From the NCBI GenBank assembly GCA_965229705.1, contig OZ245922.1, forward strand, positions 30,001-62,000: a stretch of 32,000 nucleotides of DNA. The letters are read 5' to 3'. This DNA is from Candidatus Saccharimonadota bacterium. Lineage in GTDB: Bacteria > Patescibacteriota > Gracilibacteria > BD1-5 > UBA6164. This document shows, one piece after another, positions 1 to 11,424 of this stretch. Below the pieces are notes generated by a model. The model did not search any database. It was not told where the DNA came from and saw nothing but the letters and a program-made list of their open reading frames with translations. Made by a program: the position numbers and the translations under genes. Within the stretch, counting starts at the first letter, position 1. Each line of letters opens with the position of its first letter.

Positions 1-338
1 TTATGAAGAAGGGTATTTGATGTTCCTGTAAATCAGAGTTTTGTAGAAATATATTTCCAAGTATTTGGAAAAAGCGTGATAATACCAAGCGAGATAACAA
101 TTCATCCTGAAAAAGTTTTCCAAAAACTTGGAGGAACATCTATGAGAATGGTACTCGCTTTTAAAAGAAGGGAGAAAATGATGATCGAGATACTCAGCGA
201 AGCAATAATCACTATGGGAATGCGTTTGTTGTTTCCGTCTTCGGCACTAGCTCAGAGGATAATTGGGAGGAGAGGAAGGACGCATGGAGCGAGAACGGTT
301 AGTACTCAGGAGAAAAAGGCAATAATGAGAAGCGTCAT
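1..338 (-). CDS. ccdA: CcdA/DsbD-family thiol-disulfide transporter (cytochrome c biogenesis transmembrane protein); 3' end runs off the window
   Basis: Minus-strand ATG at 338 with an in-frame TAA just upstream (348-350). Translation with TGA=Gly gives MTLLIIAFFSGVLTVLAPCVLPLLPIILGASAED..., hydrophobic and carrying the PCxxP motif typical of CcdA/DsbD. The + strand ORF 76-351 in the track is its antisense. Confidence 0.7.
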
Positions 339-422
339 AAAAGAGCATTAAAAAATATGACCATTATCATATATATCATACTTAAATGAAGCTTAAAATG
401 TGTATAGATCTCTAAAAACCAT

Positions 423-701
423 TTACACAAAACTATTTATACTCCCGACTGTTACTCTATCAAATCAAATGTTAAAATCAAAGGATTTAGTAATAGAATA
501 TTTTCAATCCTTAGCTACTTTCAAACTATTTATACTAAATGTATCTATCAAATTGACGATACTATCTTCGGTAAAAAAATAACTTGATTTTTGAGGCACA
601 TATAATTCTCCTCAAACTAAATGTCTATCCTTAATATGTTGTAATCTTTCATCAGATATTTTTAAACCTGTTTTAGCCACTTTAAAAGCAACTGCCTTCA
701 A
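423..701 (-). CDS. small hypothetical protein (92 aa), function unknown
   Basis: TTG start at 701 preceded by GGAGGTG with a 6 nt spacer; TAA stop at 423-425; 3 in-frame TGA. Translation is MKAVAFKVAKTGLKISDERLQHIKDRHLVGGELYVPQKSSYFFTEDSIVNLIDTF.... GTG at 710 is an alternative start. No family recognised. Confidence 0.4.
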
Positions 702-757
702 CCTAGCCACCTCCGGTAGTAGGTAGTATAATCGGGATTCAAAGTGAGAATTGATCT

Positions 758-1303
758 TTATACTTTCATAACATCAGCTTCTTTTGCTTTTGTTTTTTCT
801 TCTACTTTCTTGTTACTTTCATCAATGGCTTTTTGGAGATCAGCTTCATAAGATTTTGCTTCGTCTTCAGAGATTTCTTTCTCACTTTCAGCTCTTTTAA
901 TCGCTTTATGATAGTCTCATCTCACATTTCTCACAGAGACCTTGGCTTCTTCCCCAAATTTTTTTACAACTTTCGCCATATCTCGTCGTCTTTCCTCAGT
1001 AAGTTCAGGAACTTTTATCAGGACACTATCAGCCATAGTTTGTGGATTGAGCCCTGTTCCAGCATCGGTGATAGCCTTTGCGATAGGATGAATCAGGGTC
1101 TTATCCCATGGAGCGATAGAGAGCGTTTGAGGATCAAGGATATTGATACTGGCAGAGTTTTTTAGTGGTTGCACGCTTCCATACTGTTCTACCTGAATAT
1201 CCTCTACCAGTGCTGGTGTTGCGCGTCACATTTGCAACTTTGAAAATTCACTTTCAAGGTGAGAGAGAGCTTTCTTGAGGTCTCCTTCGAGATTATCTAA
1301 CAT
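758..1303 (-). CDS. frr: ribosome recycling factor
   Basis: 181 aa: MLDNLEGDLKKALSHLESEFSKLQM-G-RATPALVEDIQVEQYG...VSVRNVR-G-DYHKAIKRAE.... It aligns along its length with Frr. TGA at 1226-1228 sits on the conserved Gly of the xGRAxPxL motif. TAA stop at 758-760. Confidence 0.95.
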
Positions 1304-1387
1304 ATATATTGTTTTAAAAAATAAGTATTTTTTGAAGTATAGGGAGAATATTTTCTATTTCAAAATTAAATATTCCTGAAGAATATC

Positions 1388-1903
1388 TTATTTTTCTAAG
1401 AGAGATATCACTTCAGGGCGTAAATACTTTTCGATATTTTGTGTATCTCATTCCTCCAAGAGTTCTCGAACCTTTGTCCCTGATATGGGGAGATGACTAC
1501 GAGGAATTTCTACAATACTCAGTTCAAAAAAGAAGCTACTTTCAAACTCTTTGAGGACTTTTACCGCAGAATCGGTTGAGGTGTCTCCACAGTAGAGTGT
1601 GATATATTGTATGTTATCAGGGATATGTAAAAGAACTTCCTGAATCCAGTCGGTATCATCGGGAAAATCAGGAAGAGGAGATATAGATAGTTGTGTAAGA
1701 AACTTCTGAGAAATAAAAAAATCTTGTATCATTTCTTTTCTCTTCTCATAACTCCATGGATTTTCTATATTTTCTATATTGCTTGATCCGATAAGGATGA
1801 GTGTTACTGGATTTTCTTGTAGAGATTTTTGCACAAGGAGTTCGTGACCTATATGAAAAGGCTGAAATCGTCAGATGATAAGTCAGAGAGAGTTTTTGCG
1901 CAT
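1388..1903 (-). CDS. nucleotidyltransferase of the NadM/NMN adenylyltransferase type (cytidylyltransferase superfamily)
   Basis: 171 aa. The N-terminus MRKNSLGLIIGRFQPFHIGHELLVQKSL carries the GRFQPFHxGH signature, and both Gly of GLIIG are TGA. TAA stop at 1388-1390. Track ORF 1448-1834 is the central fragment. Confidence 0.75.
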
Positions 1904-1971
1904 ATAGTTTTACTTGCTCTTGTTTTCAGAGAGATGGATAAGAGGACTAAAAGAAGAGAGGATATATCAGT

Positions 1972-2904
1972 TTATAAGCTGTTAAAATAGTCAGTAAGGT
2001 CGGGGGCAATCTGTTTTTTGCGTGAGAGTCGTGCACCAAGAGATGCTTGGTTTTCATGAACATGACATCCAAAAACTTCTTCGAGTATTTTTGTATCTTT
2101 TCCTTCTAAGACAATGGTTGTATTTTCTTCTGCAAGGATATCTATGATAGAGAGCATAATAAACTCTAAACTTTGTTCTGTCTTGAGCTCTTCAAGTCCT
2201 CTTACAATCTCTTCTTTTCTTCCTAGGGCATATTCTGGGTTGGTGGTTTCGAGTGTTCCGATACCTATTTTATATGGTCCAAACTCGGAGTTTTTATAGT
2301 CATATTGTATGAGATCTTTTACCGGCATATCTCCCAGATCAGATTTTGCCTCAAACATGGGCATGGCAAATGCTTCAAGATCAGAAATACCAGCAATACT
2401 TTGGAGATCACTGGCAATAGCTTTGTCTTCAGCAGTGGTAGTAGGAGATTTCCATAGGAGCGAGTCTGACATGATACATGCGAGCATCATTGTTGCAACT
2501 TCTGGAGATATTTCAAACCCGACCTCTCGGTACATCTTATACAAAATAGAAGCGCTTGAACAGAGGGGTTCTACGCGAATATAGAGGGCAGTACTACTAT
2601 GAAAGTCCATTCTATGATGATCAACGAGCCATGTGACATTCAACTCTTTGAGGTTATCAGGAGCTTGCGAAGACTCGTTATGATCAACGAGACACACCTC
2701 TATCTCTGGGTTAAGTGAGCTCTGAATCTCTGGTGTTTCAAATCCATATTTTTCTATGAGGTAGGCAGTTTCTTTATTGATTTCTCACTGGATATATACG
2801 GTTGGAGTATATCATTTTTTTGTAAGAAAATCTTTCATGATTAGAGGAGCGATTACGCTATCTGTATCCGGATTTTTATGCCCTACGATAGATATTTGAG
2901 TCAT
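1972..2904 (-). CDS. ppaC: manganese-dependent inorganic pyrophosphatase (family II, DHH/DHHA2)
   Basis: 310 aa. MTQISIVGHKNPDTDSVIAPLIMKDF... (DHH motif I), then LVDHNE, LVDHHRM and the DHHA2-type C-terminus. Track ORF 1972-2697 extends upstream through two TGA=Gly codons to the ATG at 2904. Confidence 0.9.
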
Positions 2905-3094
2905 TTTTTTGTAGCTAAAAAACTAAAATATTTTCCTGAGAGATTATAAGTCTTTTGTGTTTTTTTCAATTTTTTTGATAAGGCTTCTCAAGTATTAAAA
3001 AATTATTAAAAAAATTTGCTAAAAAATATAAATATCTTGGGAAAAAGAGATATTTCAGCATAGTGAGTATGTTTTTATTTCTTCACATTTTTTT

Positions 3095-6000
3095 ATGAAA
3101 AGATTTTTGAGTCTTGGGTGTCTGATACTCATATTTTTCTCTCAAATGCAGTGGCTACAGGTCTATGCTGCACAACAATCTGAACTGAAAAATAGTAAAC
3201 AGCAGAGTACACAAACCCTCGAAGTATTAGATACTGCTATCGATCAGGCAGTAGAAAAACTCCAGAAAAATCTCACAAATGATCAGCAAACAGAGAGACT
3301 TGAAGAAAAGCATGAAGAAGTATCAGAATACCTTGAAGAAGTAGAACAAGAAATCCAAGATGCTACAAATACACAAGCCATCAAGGAAAAAGTCCAAGAG
3401 GCAAAAAAAGTCGTACTCCTCAAAGTTGTTTCTGGTGTTACTCAGTACGAAGATATAGAAGAAACAATACCACAAGAGGTAGCATCCTCACAGGAACAAA
3501 TAGAAGAGGCTATGGAAACTATTCAAGACTCACTTGAAACATCTTCATGAGACTACAGTATCATAGTACAAACGGAACTTCCTGTATCAAAGGTAAAAAA
3601 ACGCTTTCATAGCTTTGATACGAGTACCCGAGTATCGTTTATGTACGAGTCATGAGGACAACGAGTCTATGAAGTATTTTTAGAAAAAGATTCAATTTTT
3701 CGAAGAGAAATGCTCGAAGATATAGAAAAAGGAATTCTTCCAGAAAGCTTTATCGGAATACAGATAATCCTCCCAGAGGTGTACAGCCTCTTTTCTCAAA
3801 ATTCTTCCCTCCAATCGAAAAATACCTCCTCTCTCATCGAGGGAGAGGATATATCTCGTACATGGGGAATAGCAGAATACCAAACATATCATCACTTTTC
3901 AGAATCTTCTCCACAAAAAGTGACAGTTTGAGTCGTAGATACAGGAATAGATTATCTTCATCCTGATCTCAGGAATAATACTAATATCAGTAGAGGCCAA
4001 GACTTCGTGAATAATGATGATGATGCATATGATGACCAATGACATGGAACGCATGTAGCTGGCGTCATTGCTGCCAGTATCAACCAAGAGTGAATCATCT
4101 GAGTAAATCCCTATGCAGAACTTATCCCTCTCAAGATTTGTACCAATCGTGGTTTTTGCCCAAGTTACGCTGTACTCAGATCTCTCGAATACGCGACAGA
4201 AAATGGTATCGATATTCTTAATATGAGTCTGTGAGGAAGAGGAAATCCCAAAGATCATGCTATCTGTAATGCGATAGAGTCATATACCAAAAATGGATGA
4301 ATCGTTGTAGCTGCCTCAGGAAACGCCAATATCCCTGCAGAAAAATTTATTCCATGAGGGTGTTCGGAGTCAATAACAGTATGAGCCTATGACAGAGATA
4401 AGAAAAGAGCACCATTTTCAAACTATGGAAGTAAGGTAGATGTATCTGCTCCTTGAGTAGATATATACTCAACCTACCCAAAAAATACATGAAGCTATCG
4501 AAGTCTCTCAGGGACATCTATGGCAACGCCACATATCTCAGGTCTCGTCTCTCTGGCTCTTACGCAAGATAAGGATATAGGTACGAGAGATATGCGAAAA
4601 CTTCTACAAAAGCATAGTGTTCCTCTTGAAAATACTTCAGGGAAAAGTATAGGAGGAAGAGTCGATACCCTGTCTTTTCTTGAAGAGTTTCAGAAGGTAG
4701 TAGATGAAAATGAGACTATTCAAAATACCCCTCTTCCTGATCTGAGTGATCAGGATATCCTGCCAGACATCCCTGATCCCCAAACTCTCTTTCAAGAGGA
4801 AACCGAAGACTCAGGGTCCTCGCTGAGTGATGCAGAAATCATTTCAGAAACCACATATATTGATGAAGAAATATTTTTTATCCCAGAACAAGAACAGGCA
4901 GACGAACGTGTACGCGTTTCTAACCTTGAGCTTGAAGAGACAGATGGATCAGTGCCGCTTATCCAATCAATAGCACCATATACGATAGATCTCAATATTT
5001 TTTCAGAACACAGCGAAAACCAAATACAAAATAGTGAAAATCCAGAAGAAGAATTTTTTGAACTGGATGAGACAGGAGTTGTTGATGTCCAACTTGAGCA
5101 AAATAAGACGCTTACACCGTATTCATCGCAATCATATAATGCAGATGGAGAATTCATAGATCAAACACAAATCAACAGTACTGAAGATGCGGGAGAAACT
5201 GTTCCAAGTCTTCGTCTGGAAGGACCAATTGATTTGGATAATCTCCCTGCACTTCAGCCCTCTCTCGACAGTGAACAAGAAGAAGACAGTGAAGATGTCG
5301 AACAAGAACAAGATATGCAAGAAGAGTATGGAGAGGATCCCGTACAAGAGATCCAAGAGCTCTTCATAGATGGGGCTGAAAGTGGAGTGGATATAAGTAA
5401 CTTTCAAGAACAAGAGTTTACTCCTCTGCAACTCGAGCAATATCCAGAAGACTCAGAAACGCTTATATTTATAGATGAGGAAGGAAATACTATTGATACA
5501 AATCAACTTGAAGAAATTCCTCTTATAGAAGAAGTATTTGATTACAGCTACGATAGAGAAGTATTTCTTGATACTCATTCTGACTCTCTCCCTTTGGAAG
5601 AAGAGGGAAGCATGGTGGAAATAAATAGTGTATCTGATGAACAACTTCAAGAGCTGGTTATCACTGAGCATGATCCACATCTGCAAATACATCTTGAGGA
5701 TATACAGTGAGACCCACTTACAGGGTATGATGATATTGAGATACATAGCTCACCAAATCCTGACTCTCTCTGAGAGGAGAACAAGCATAGCGAGAATGAC
5801 GAAGTCGCAGCAGAGCAGGAGGAAGAAGATGGTATCATTCCTATTACTCCGATACTGGAACAGATTATTATTCCCGAGACTCAGGACGAACTCTTTGTAT
5901 GAGATGCACAAGATTCTGTAGAAATTAATAGTCTTATAGACGAAGAAGAGTGGCAAACTATAGAGATAGAAGAATATAGAGGAGAAGAGGTGCTCGAAGA

Positions 6001-9000
6001 AGAAATCAAGTCAGATACCCTCATCGAAGAAGAAGATCAGATAGAAGACAGTTTTCATCAAGAACTTACGCAAGAAGAGTATGAAGACATTATCAGTGGA
6101 AAGGCAATTATCTTCCCAACGATAGACCAGTTAGAAAATGAGATTCCAACACCAGAGGATTTATGGGAAGAAGATGAAGAGGGGATGGAGATACATAGTC
6201 TTGGTGATGAAGTTGAAGAATTTACACTTTGAGAATTTACAGAACTCTCAGAGGAAGAAATGGAAAACAGAGAATGAGCAGAAGATAGTGAGGAATCTTT
6301 TGGAATTCAAAATACATATTACTGTCACATCAACGCTGGAGAGACCTGTAGTTTTAGTATGTATAAACCATCGAGGTATCGTTTTCATAAAACAAACTCT
6401 CTGATTTCTGAGCATTACACTAGTCGTCATGTACTTACTATCAGAGGACTTCTCGAAGGAACATCTACCTATAAAATGTCTCGTTATGGAAAATATTACT
6501 ATACAATTTATGTTACTGTTACTGCTCCCAAGCCAGTAGTACCACCAAAAGATATATATGTTGATGTGGAGTATGGTAGGGGTCTATATGTGGATTTTGG
6601 GACAAAAACTAACTACTTATATGTAGACGGGAATACTCTTTGAAGGATATATGGAAGTGGTATGAATGTTTCAGGAGATACTCGAACTATGACGGTGTAC
6701 AGAAACTATACTCATGCCTATAATATTCATATAACATCAGTACCACAAGAACAAGAAATTTCTCTGATTGAATGACAGAGGTTTTATAAAAACATGTATC
6801 ATTTACAGGGTTTTACTCCAGTGATATGAGACGAAGATATTATTACATATAGTACAGGTTATCAGTCTTTGTATATACACGCAAAGACAGCTGGAAGCAC
6901 GCAGCTAAAATTGATAAATGAGTCTCTTTCGCAGCATGCTTATACCTTTAATGTTACTGTTACCCCAGCTCCACCACCACAAGAATATGATGTCACGATT
7001 GAAGAGTGAAGCAAACTCAAACTTTATTTTCCTGAACGTACTTATAGTATTGAAGAAACATATAATGATGGTGCGAGGGTATCGATAAAAAAGAGGAGTT
7101 CTTCACTTCGTATACAAGCCGACTTTCCATGAAATATTGAATATCTGACAAGAGATATAACAGGTGTACAGCAGTATCTTGTTCGTATACATATTACTAC
7201 GAAGCCTCCTGTTGTTATACAAAGTAGCGTACATGAGTGGCAGACGATTTCTCACAATCTTAATTACCCAACAAACAATGAATACTCTTATTCGTCAGAA
7301 GAACATGTGAAACTCTCAGTTGATAAGCATAGAGTATATATCACTTGAGAAAAGGCGGGGAATCTCGAGATATATGTAAAAAGAGAGGGGATTCATAGGT
7401 ACACAATACAGCTAGAGGTAAAGCCTTCACCAGCACCCCAAGAACATAGTATTCGCGTTTGAGAATGAGAACAGACGATTCTTCGTTTATGAGATACTCT
7501 TTCATATACTGTATCACATTTGCCTGAGTGACGTGGAAAATTGTCAGTATATACATGGCGTAATAAACTTTCACGACAGGCAAAGATCACGGGAACATTC
7601 CCGTGAAACAAAACGCTATTTCTTCGAGAATATCCGTCATGAATAGTGAGACATATACTCAATGTAGAAGTTGTTCCTAAACCACCAATTGTTCGAGAAG
7701 TAACGGTGAAGCAGGAGAAGTTGAAATCTCTAAATTATAAGTCTTATGATGCAGATTTTTCTCTTTCTGCTTCTTGATACATAAGTTTTTCAAAATCAGG
7801 GTCTCGTTATCAAAAAAAGAGCTATTATGTCAGGGGTCTGAAATGATGAGAAGTAGAACTTTATGTAAAAGAGCAGGGTATTCATAGGTATACTTATAAA
7901 ATTACGGTGATTCCAAAACCTGTGCCACAAGAGTATCATCTCAACTTTAGTTGGGCGTACGGACAAGCTAATATATCTTTCCCAGAATCGATTCGTAGAT
8001 ATAGGTTTTATTATCAAGGAAACACCGTTATGTATGATGATATACGAAAATATGATAAGAGTATAAGTATAGAGGTAGACAGAGTTTGAGAAGGAAAAAT
8101 CATCATCAGAGACAGAGATGACTACGATAGATATATCATACATGTAAAATCTGAACCTCACTATCGTGACTATACACTCTATACAACTGAAAGAACCTAT
8201 AACTTAGGAGTAAGTCTCAGAAATGTAAATACACATATAGTCAATAAATCAATAGCGCGACTCAACAAGTGATACCTAGAGTGACTCAAACCAGGAAAAA
8301 CAGAGCTTCATATTAGTAGTACGAGTAGAAAAAGATCATGAACAATAATAGCTATTTACCGAATACAAGTCCTGCCAAAACCAGTTCCAAAAGTCATTGA
8401 GTGTGAGACAAGCACCTATGAAACATGCTCACTTGAAGTTTCTAATGGTGGATATTATTATAACACAACTTTCCCGAATAACAGTTATGATATAACGGCA
8501 TCTAATACAGGCCTTCGTATTTCTTCACAGAGATCATGAGAATTTATCGCATATATGGAGTGAGAAAACACCAGCTATATTACGCATATATTTAAGGTGA
8601 CTTTTCATTCACGACCTCCGAAGGAATACGAGTGTCAACTTACTCGGTGATGAGACTGTCATCTTTGAAGTTTTCGTACCAATAATCGCCAACTTACATT
8701 TACAACAGACGATCCATCACTTTTTGAGATTAGATATGTGCGTGAGCGTCAATCTGCGACGACAACATGAAACAAAACATACAATGGCGAAGAATATAAA
8801 CAAATAGATGGAACATTCTCGTATAAAATTCGTTATACCCTGAGGGCAAAAGAGAATGGACAAACACAAATATATATCTACGACGATCAAGAACATCTTG
8901 CAACTATAGACCTCAATGTATACAAGATTCCTTCCATCGTTCTAGATACAACAAAAATAAGCACTAAACAAAGTGAAAAAGGCACAGTAAATATCCTCAA

Positions 9001-10795
9001 AGGATGATGAGACTACCAAAAGTACCAAGACTATGAAGACCTTGACTACTTCAACCCTGATACCAACGAACAAACAGAGGAGCAAAAGCAAGAACACTCC
9101 TACAGTGGTGATGTTACTATGCGTGAGATGACTCCATGACGTTATTATCCAAGTATACGCGACGCCTATGGACAGACAGTACAGATCACCTTTGTTGTCA
9201 AAGATACTACTCTCAAGATCTCGAACTACCGCCCTACCCTCAAGACCTGACAAACAAGCTATCTCGATATCCTTGAGAGTTATGGTACACCAAAAATAGA
9301 GATGAGCAGTGCAGACAAAGACAAACTCCAAGCACGCATCATCAAACAACAAGGATCAGAAGACCTACAAATCGAGCTTGCTGCTCAACAATCATGAACA
9401 GTAAACCTCCGAGTTACTGATCAAGAAGGGAATAGTAAGGTAGTACAACTAGTGATAGAAGGAGGAGATGTGAGTGAAGATACACAGGGAGAGGAGGAAG
9501 GGAGATCTTCATCTCAAAATCCTTGAGGAGAGAGTGATAGTGGTAATGGTGATGAGGAGAGTACAGAAGAGGAGAGTTGAAGTGCAATGAGTTTTCATGA
9601 TCTCCAGTACGGAAGAAATAATAGTGAAAATTGACTCTCAAGTCTGTATTTTGAAATACACTGAAAACAAGAGAATCTACAAGAAGTATGAATACAATAC
9701 AAAGATACAAGCTGAACATATGTAAGAGAAACATTAGAGAAAGAAGAAGACTGAATATATATACTCTGATTAGACAAAGAAATATGTATAAACTGTTACA
9801 ACGAATTTCAACCATACTTCATAGACACAAACAATACTACAACATACTATAATACCAATACATACCTCTCATTTGCAGATAATGGAATAAGAACTACAAA
9901 TACTAAAAACAAAGAAGAAGAAGACCTAGCAATAAGTTGAGTACAAGAATATGTAGAATCAACAAAGAACAAATTCTATAATATTAAAAAACAAATAAGA
10001 ACGTTTAAAGACGGTAATCAATGATACATAGATGGAAGTAAACAAGCAGTGCGTGATGCTATAGAAGATTTAAAAGAAACCCCTGAAGATATATTGAATT
10101 TGTTACAATGAAGTTGAAAGATACTATATGGGTATATCACCTGAGAAAGAACAGCAGAGGAAGATTGGAAAAAAGCGAAGGAATGATTATGAGCATTATA
10201 TAATCAAATAGAGGAAGTATATAATGAGTATGAGGAGTATAAAGAATATCTTACATCCTATAATATACAATGGATAGAATGATATGTATGAGTGAGTTCT
10301 AGTTTGATGTTTGTATGACCCGGAAAACTGAAATGAGCCAAGAGTAGTGAGAGGGTTGTGAAGAGGGTAAGGTCTACATGAAGGTCTTGATTTATAGCAA
10401 GTAAATTTAAGGATATAACTTGAGTTGATGACATAATAAAAGTAGCTCAGGATTTAGAAAAGGTCGATTGATTAGATAAAGTTAAATGATTAGAATGATG
10501 AGCAGTGAAGGTTTTAGGAGATAAGGAAGGAGTTGAAGGTGTAATGAAAAGTTTAGAAACTAAGGGGTGGAAGTGAGAAAAAAAACCATCGAATAAATGA
10601 AGTGTTTATAGGTATACATCTCCAGATTGAAAAGAATGAATAACTTTGAGAGATTTTCATAGTAGTGATACACAAGTGAGAGATGCTGGGTTTAAGCATG
10701 AAGTTACTATGGATTTGTTGAAGTGGAAAGATTGAAAACTACAAAAATTAAGATGAGAAGGGAGTGAGATAAAGTTTTTACTTCCTAATCAATAG
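3095..10795 (+). CDS. giant secreted multidomain protein (2566 aa): signal peptide, S8 subtilisin protease, acidic linker, tandem beta-rich modules, C-terminal toxin-like module
   Basis: I walked one frame (position mod 3 = 2) codon by codon from the ATG at 3095 to the TAG at 10793-10795 and found no TAA or TAG, and on the order of a hundred TGA. Track ORFs 3095, 3710, 4520, 5990, 6359 and 7907 all lie in this frame. The N-terminus MKRFLSLGCLILIFFSQMQWLQVYAA looks like a Sec signal peptide. Confidence 0.85.
3929..4640 (+). other. peptidase S8 (subtilisin) catalytic domain within the giant ORF
   Basis: Catalytic triad contexts are present: G-VVDTGIDYLHPDL (Asp), DDQ-G-HGTHVAGVIAA (His; TGA at 4040-4042 on the invariant Gly), NMSL-G-G, AASGNA and LSGTSMATPHISGL (Ser). 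Confidence 0.9.
4700..6300 (+). other. acidic (Asp/Glu-rich) low-complexity region of about 530 aa within the giant ORF
   Basis: Translation is dominated by E, D, Q, I, L and S runs, for example SLDSEQEEDSEDVEQEQDMQEEYGEDPVQE and EEDLWEEDEEGMEIHSLGDEVEE. No recognisable fold motifs. Confidence 0.7.
6310..9470 (+). repeat. about 11-12 tandem beta-rich modules (about 77 aa each, Ig-like by pattern) within the giant ORF
   Basis: Pro-rich inter-module linkers recur every 230-245 nt: TAPKPVVPPKD (about 6540), TPAPPPQEY (6975), TKPPVV (7205), KPSPAPQEH (7435), VPKPPIV (7680), IPKPVPQEY (7920), LPKPVPKV (8390), SRPPKEY (8620). Each follows an alternating hydrophobic strand such as YTIxVxV. Confidence 0.7.
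9480..10795 (+). other. C-terminal module of the giant ORF: acidic/Gly linker, helical pre-toxin-like region, putative toxin domain
   Basis: ...DGSKQAVRDAIEDLKETPEDILNLLQG...SSSLMFVGPGKLKGAKSSERVVK...KGSVYRYTSPDGKEGITLRDFHSSDTQVRDAGFKHEVTMDLLKWKDGKLQKLRGEGSEIKFLLPNQ*. The last part is duplicated downstream as orphan cassettes. No named toxin family recognised. Confidence 0.55.
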
Positions 10796-10799
10796 AATT

Positions 10800-11246
10800 A
10801 TGAAAAAAATAAAAGACATAAAAGATATATATTGAATAACAGAGTGATTTACAGATAAAGAATGAATAGAATATTTTTTATATGATTTATATGAAAATAA
10901 ATATTCAAAATGATTAAATGAATTTTGGTTGTGTAATATGCCGAAAGGAACATATAATAGAATATCAGAAGAACAACAACTAGACATTACCCTAGACTAT
11001 CTCTATCCTTTACTCAGAGATGGGAAATTGAAAATAAAAATATTATATCATGAATTAGAAAAAGATTGAGAAAATTTAAAAGAATATAAATTAGTAAAAT
11101 CAAAAGAATATACACAAGAAGAATCAAAGCAAGCTATAGAGGATATAAAGAGAGAATGGCTTTCTTTTGATGATACTAGAGAGAGAGAGAGTTTTGAAAT
11201 GCTGTGAGTATTATTTACTTTATACGAAAATGACTGGGATTGTTAA
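10800..11246 (+). CDS. immunity-like small protein 1 (148 aa), immediately downstream of the giant ORF
   Basis: ATG lies 5 nt after the giant ORF stop. I checked the frame codon by codon to the TAA at 11244-11246, with 6 TGA=Gly. Translation is MKKIKDIKDIYGITEGFTDKEGIEYFLYDLYENKYSKGLNEFWLCNMPKGTYNRISEEQQLDITLDYLYPLLRDGKLKIKILYHELEKDGENLKEY...ESFEMLGVLFTLYENDWDC*. The immunity role is inferred from position only. Confidence 0.7.
11178..11191 (+). repeat. (AG)7 dinucleotide tract inside immunity-like ORF 1
   Basis: The sequence act-agagagagagagag-tttt was read directly. The paralogous tract at 11839-11850 has (AG)6. Confidence 0.9.
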
Positions 11247-11416
11247 AAAAACGAAACTGAAAGCAATGAATAACCTTGAGAGATTTTCATAGTAGTGATA
11301 CACAAGTGAGAGATGCTGGGTTTAAGCATGAAGTTACTATGGATTTGTTGAAGATAAACAATAAGTGAGAATTTGGAAAGGTAAAAGAAATAAAATTTAT
11401 ATTACCTGAACAATAA
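11247..11416 (+). other. orphan toxin-tip cassette 2 (no start codon of its own)
   Basis: The frame (mod 2) is open from 11180 and encodes ...KKRNGKQGITLRDFHSSDTQVRDAGFKHEVTMDLLK-INNKGEFGKVKEIKFILPEQ*, with TAA at 11414-11416. The conserved part is about identical to 10636-10723 and the tail differs from the native one. Confidence 0.6.
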
Positions 11417-11424
11417 TATATTTT

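Noticed and set aside
700-745. The segment ccggtagtaggtagtataatcgggattcaaa, which at first glance looked like a tRNA T-arm or acceptor region.
   Set aside because: No cloverleaf could be folded (no matching acceptor stem, no GTTCRANYC T-loop). The segment lies between frr and the small ORF and contains the putative RBS.
7341-9815. Several 80-136 aa minus-strand ORFs in the track (7341-7662, 7796-8161, 8942-9352, 9414-9815).
   Set aside because: All lie antisense to the continuous table-25 frame of the giant gene and have implausible, Cys/Phe/Leu-rich compositions.
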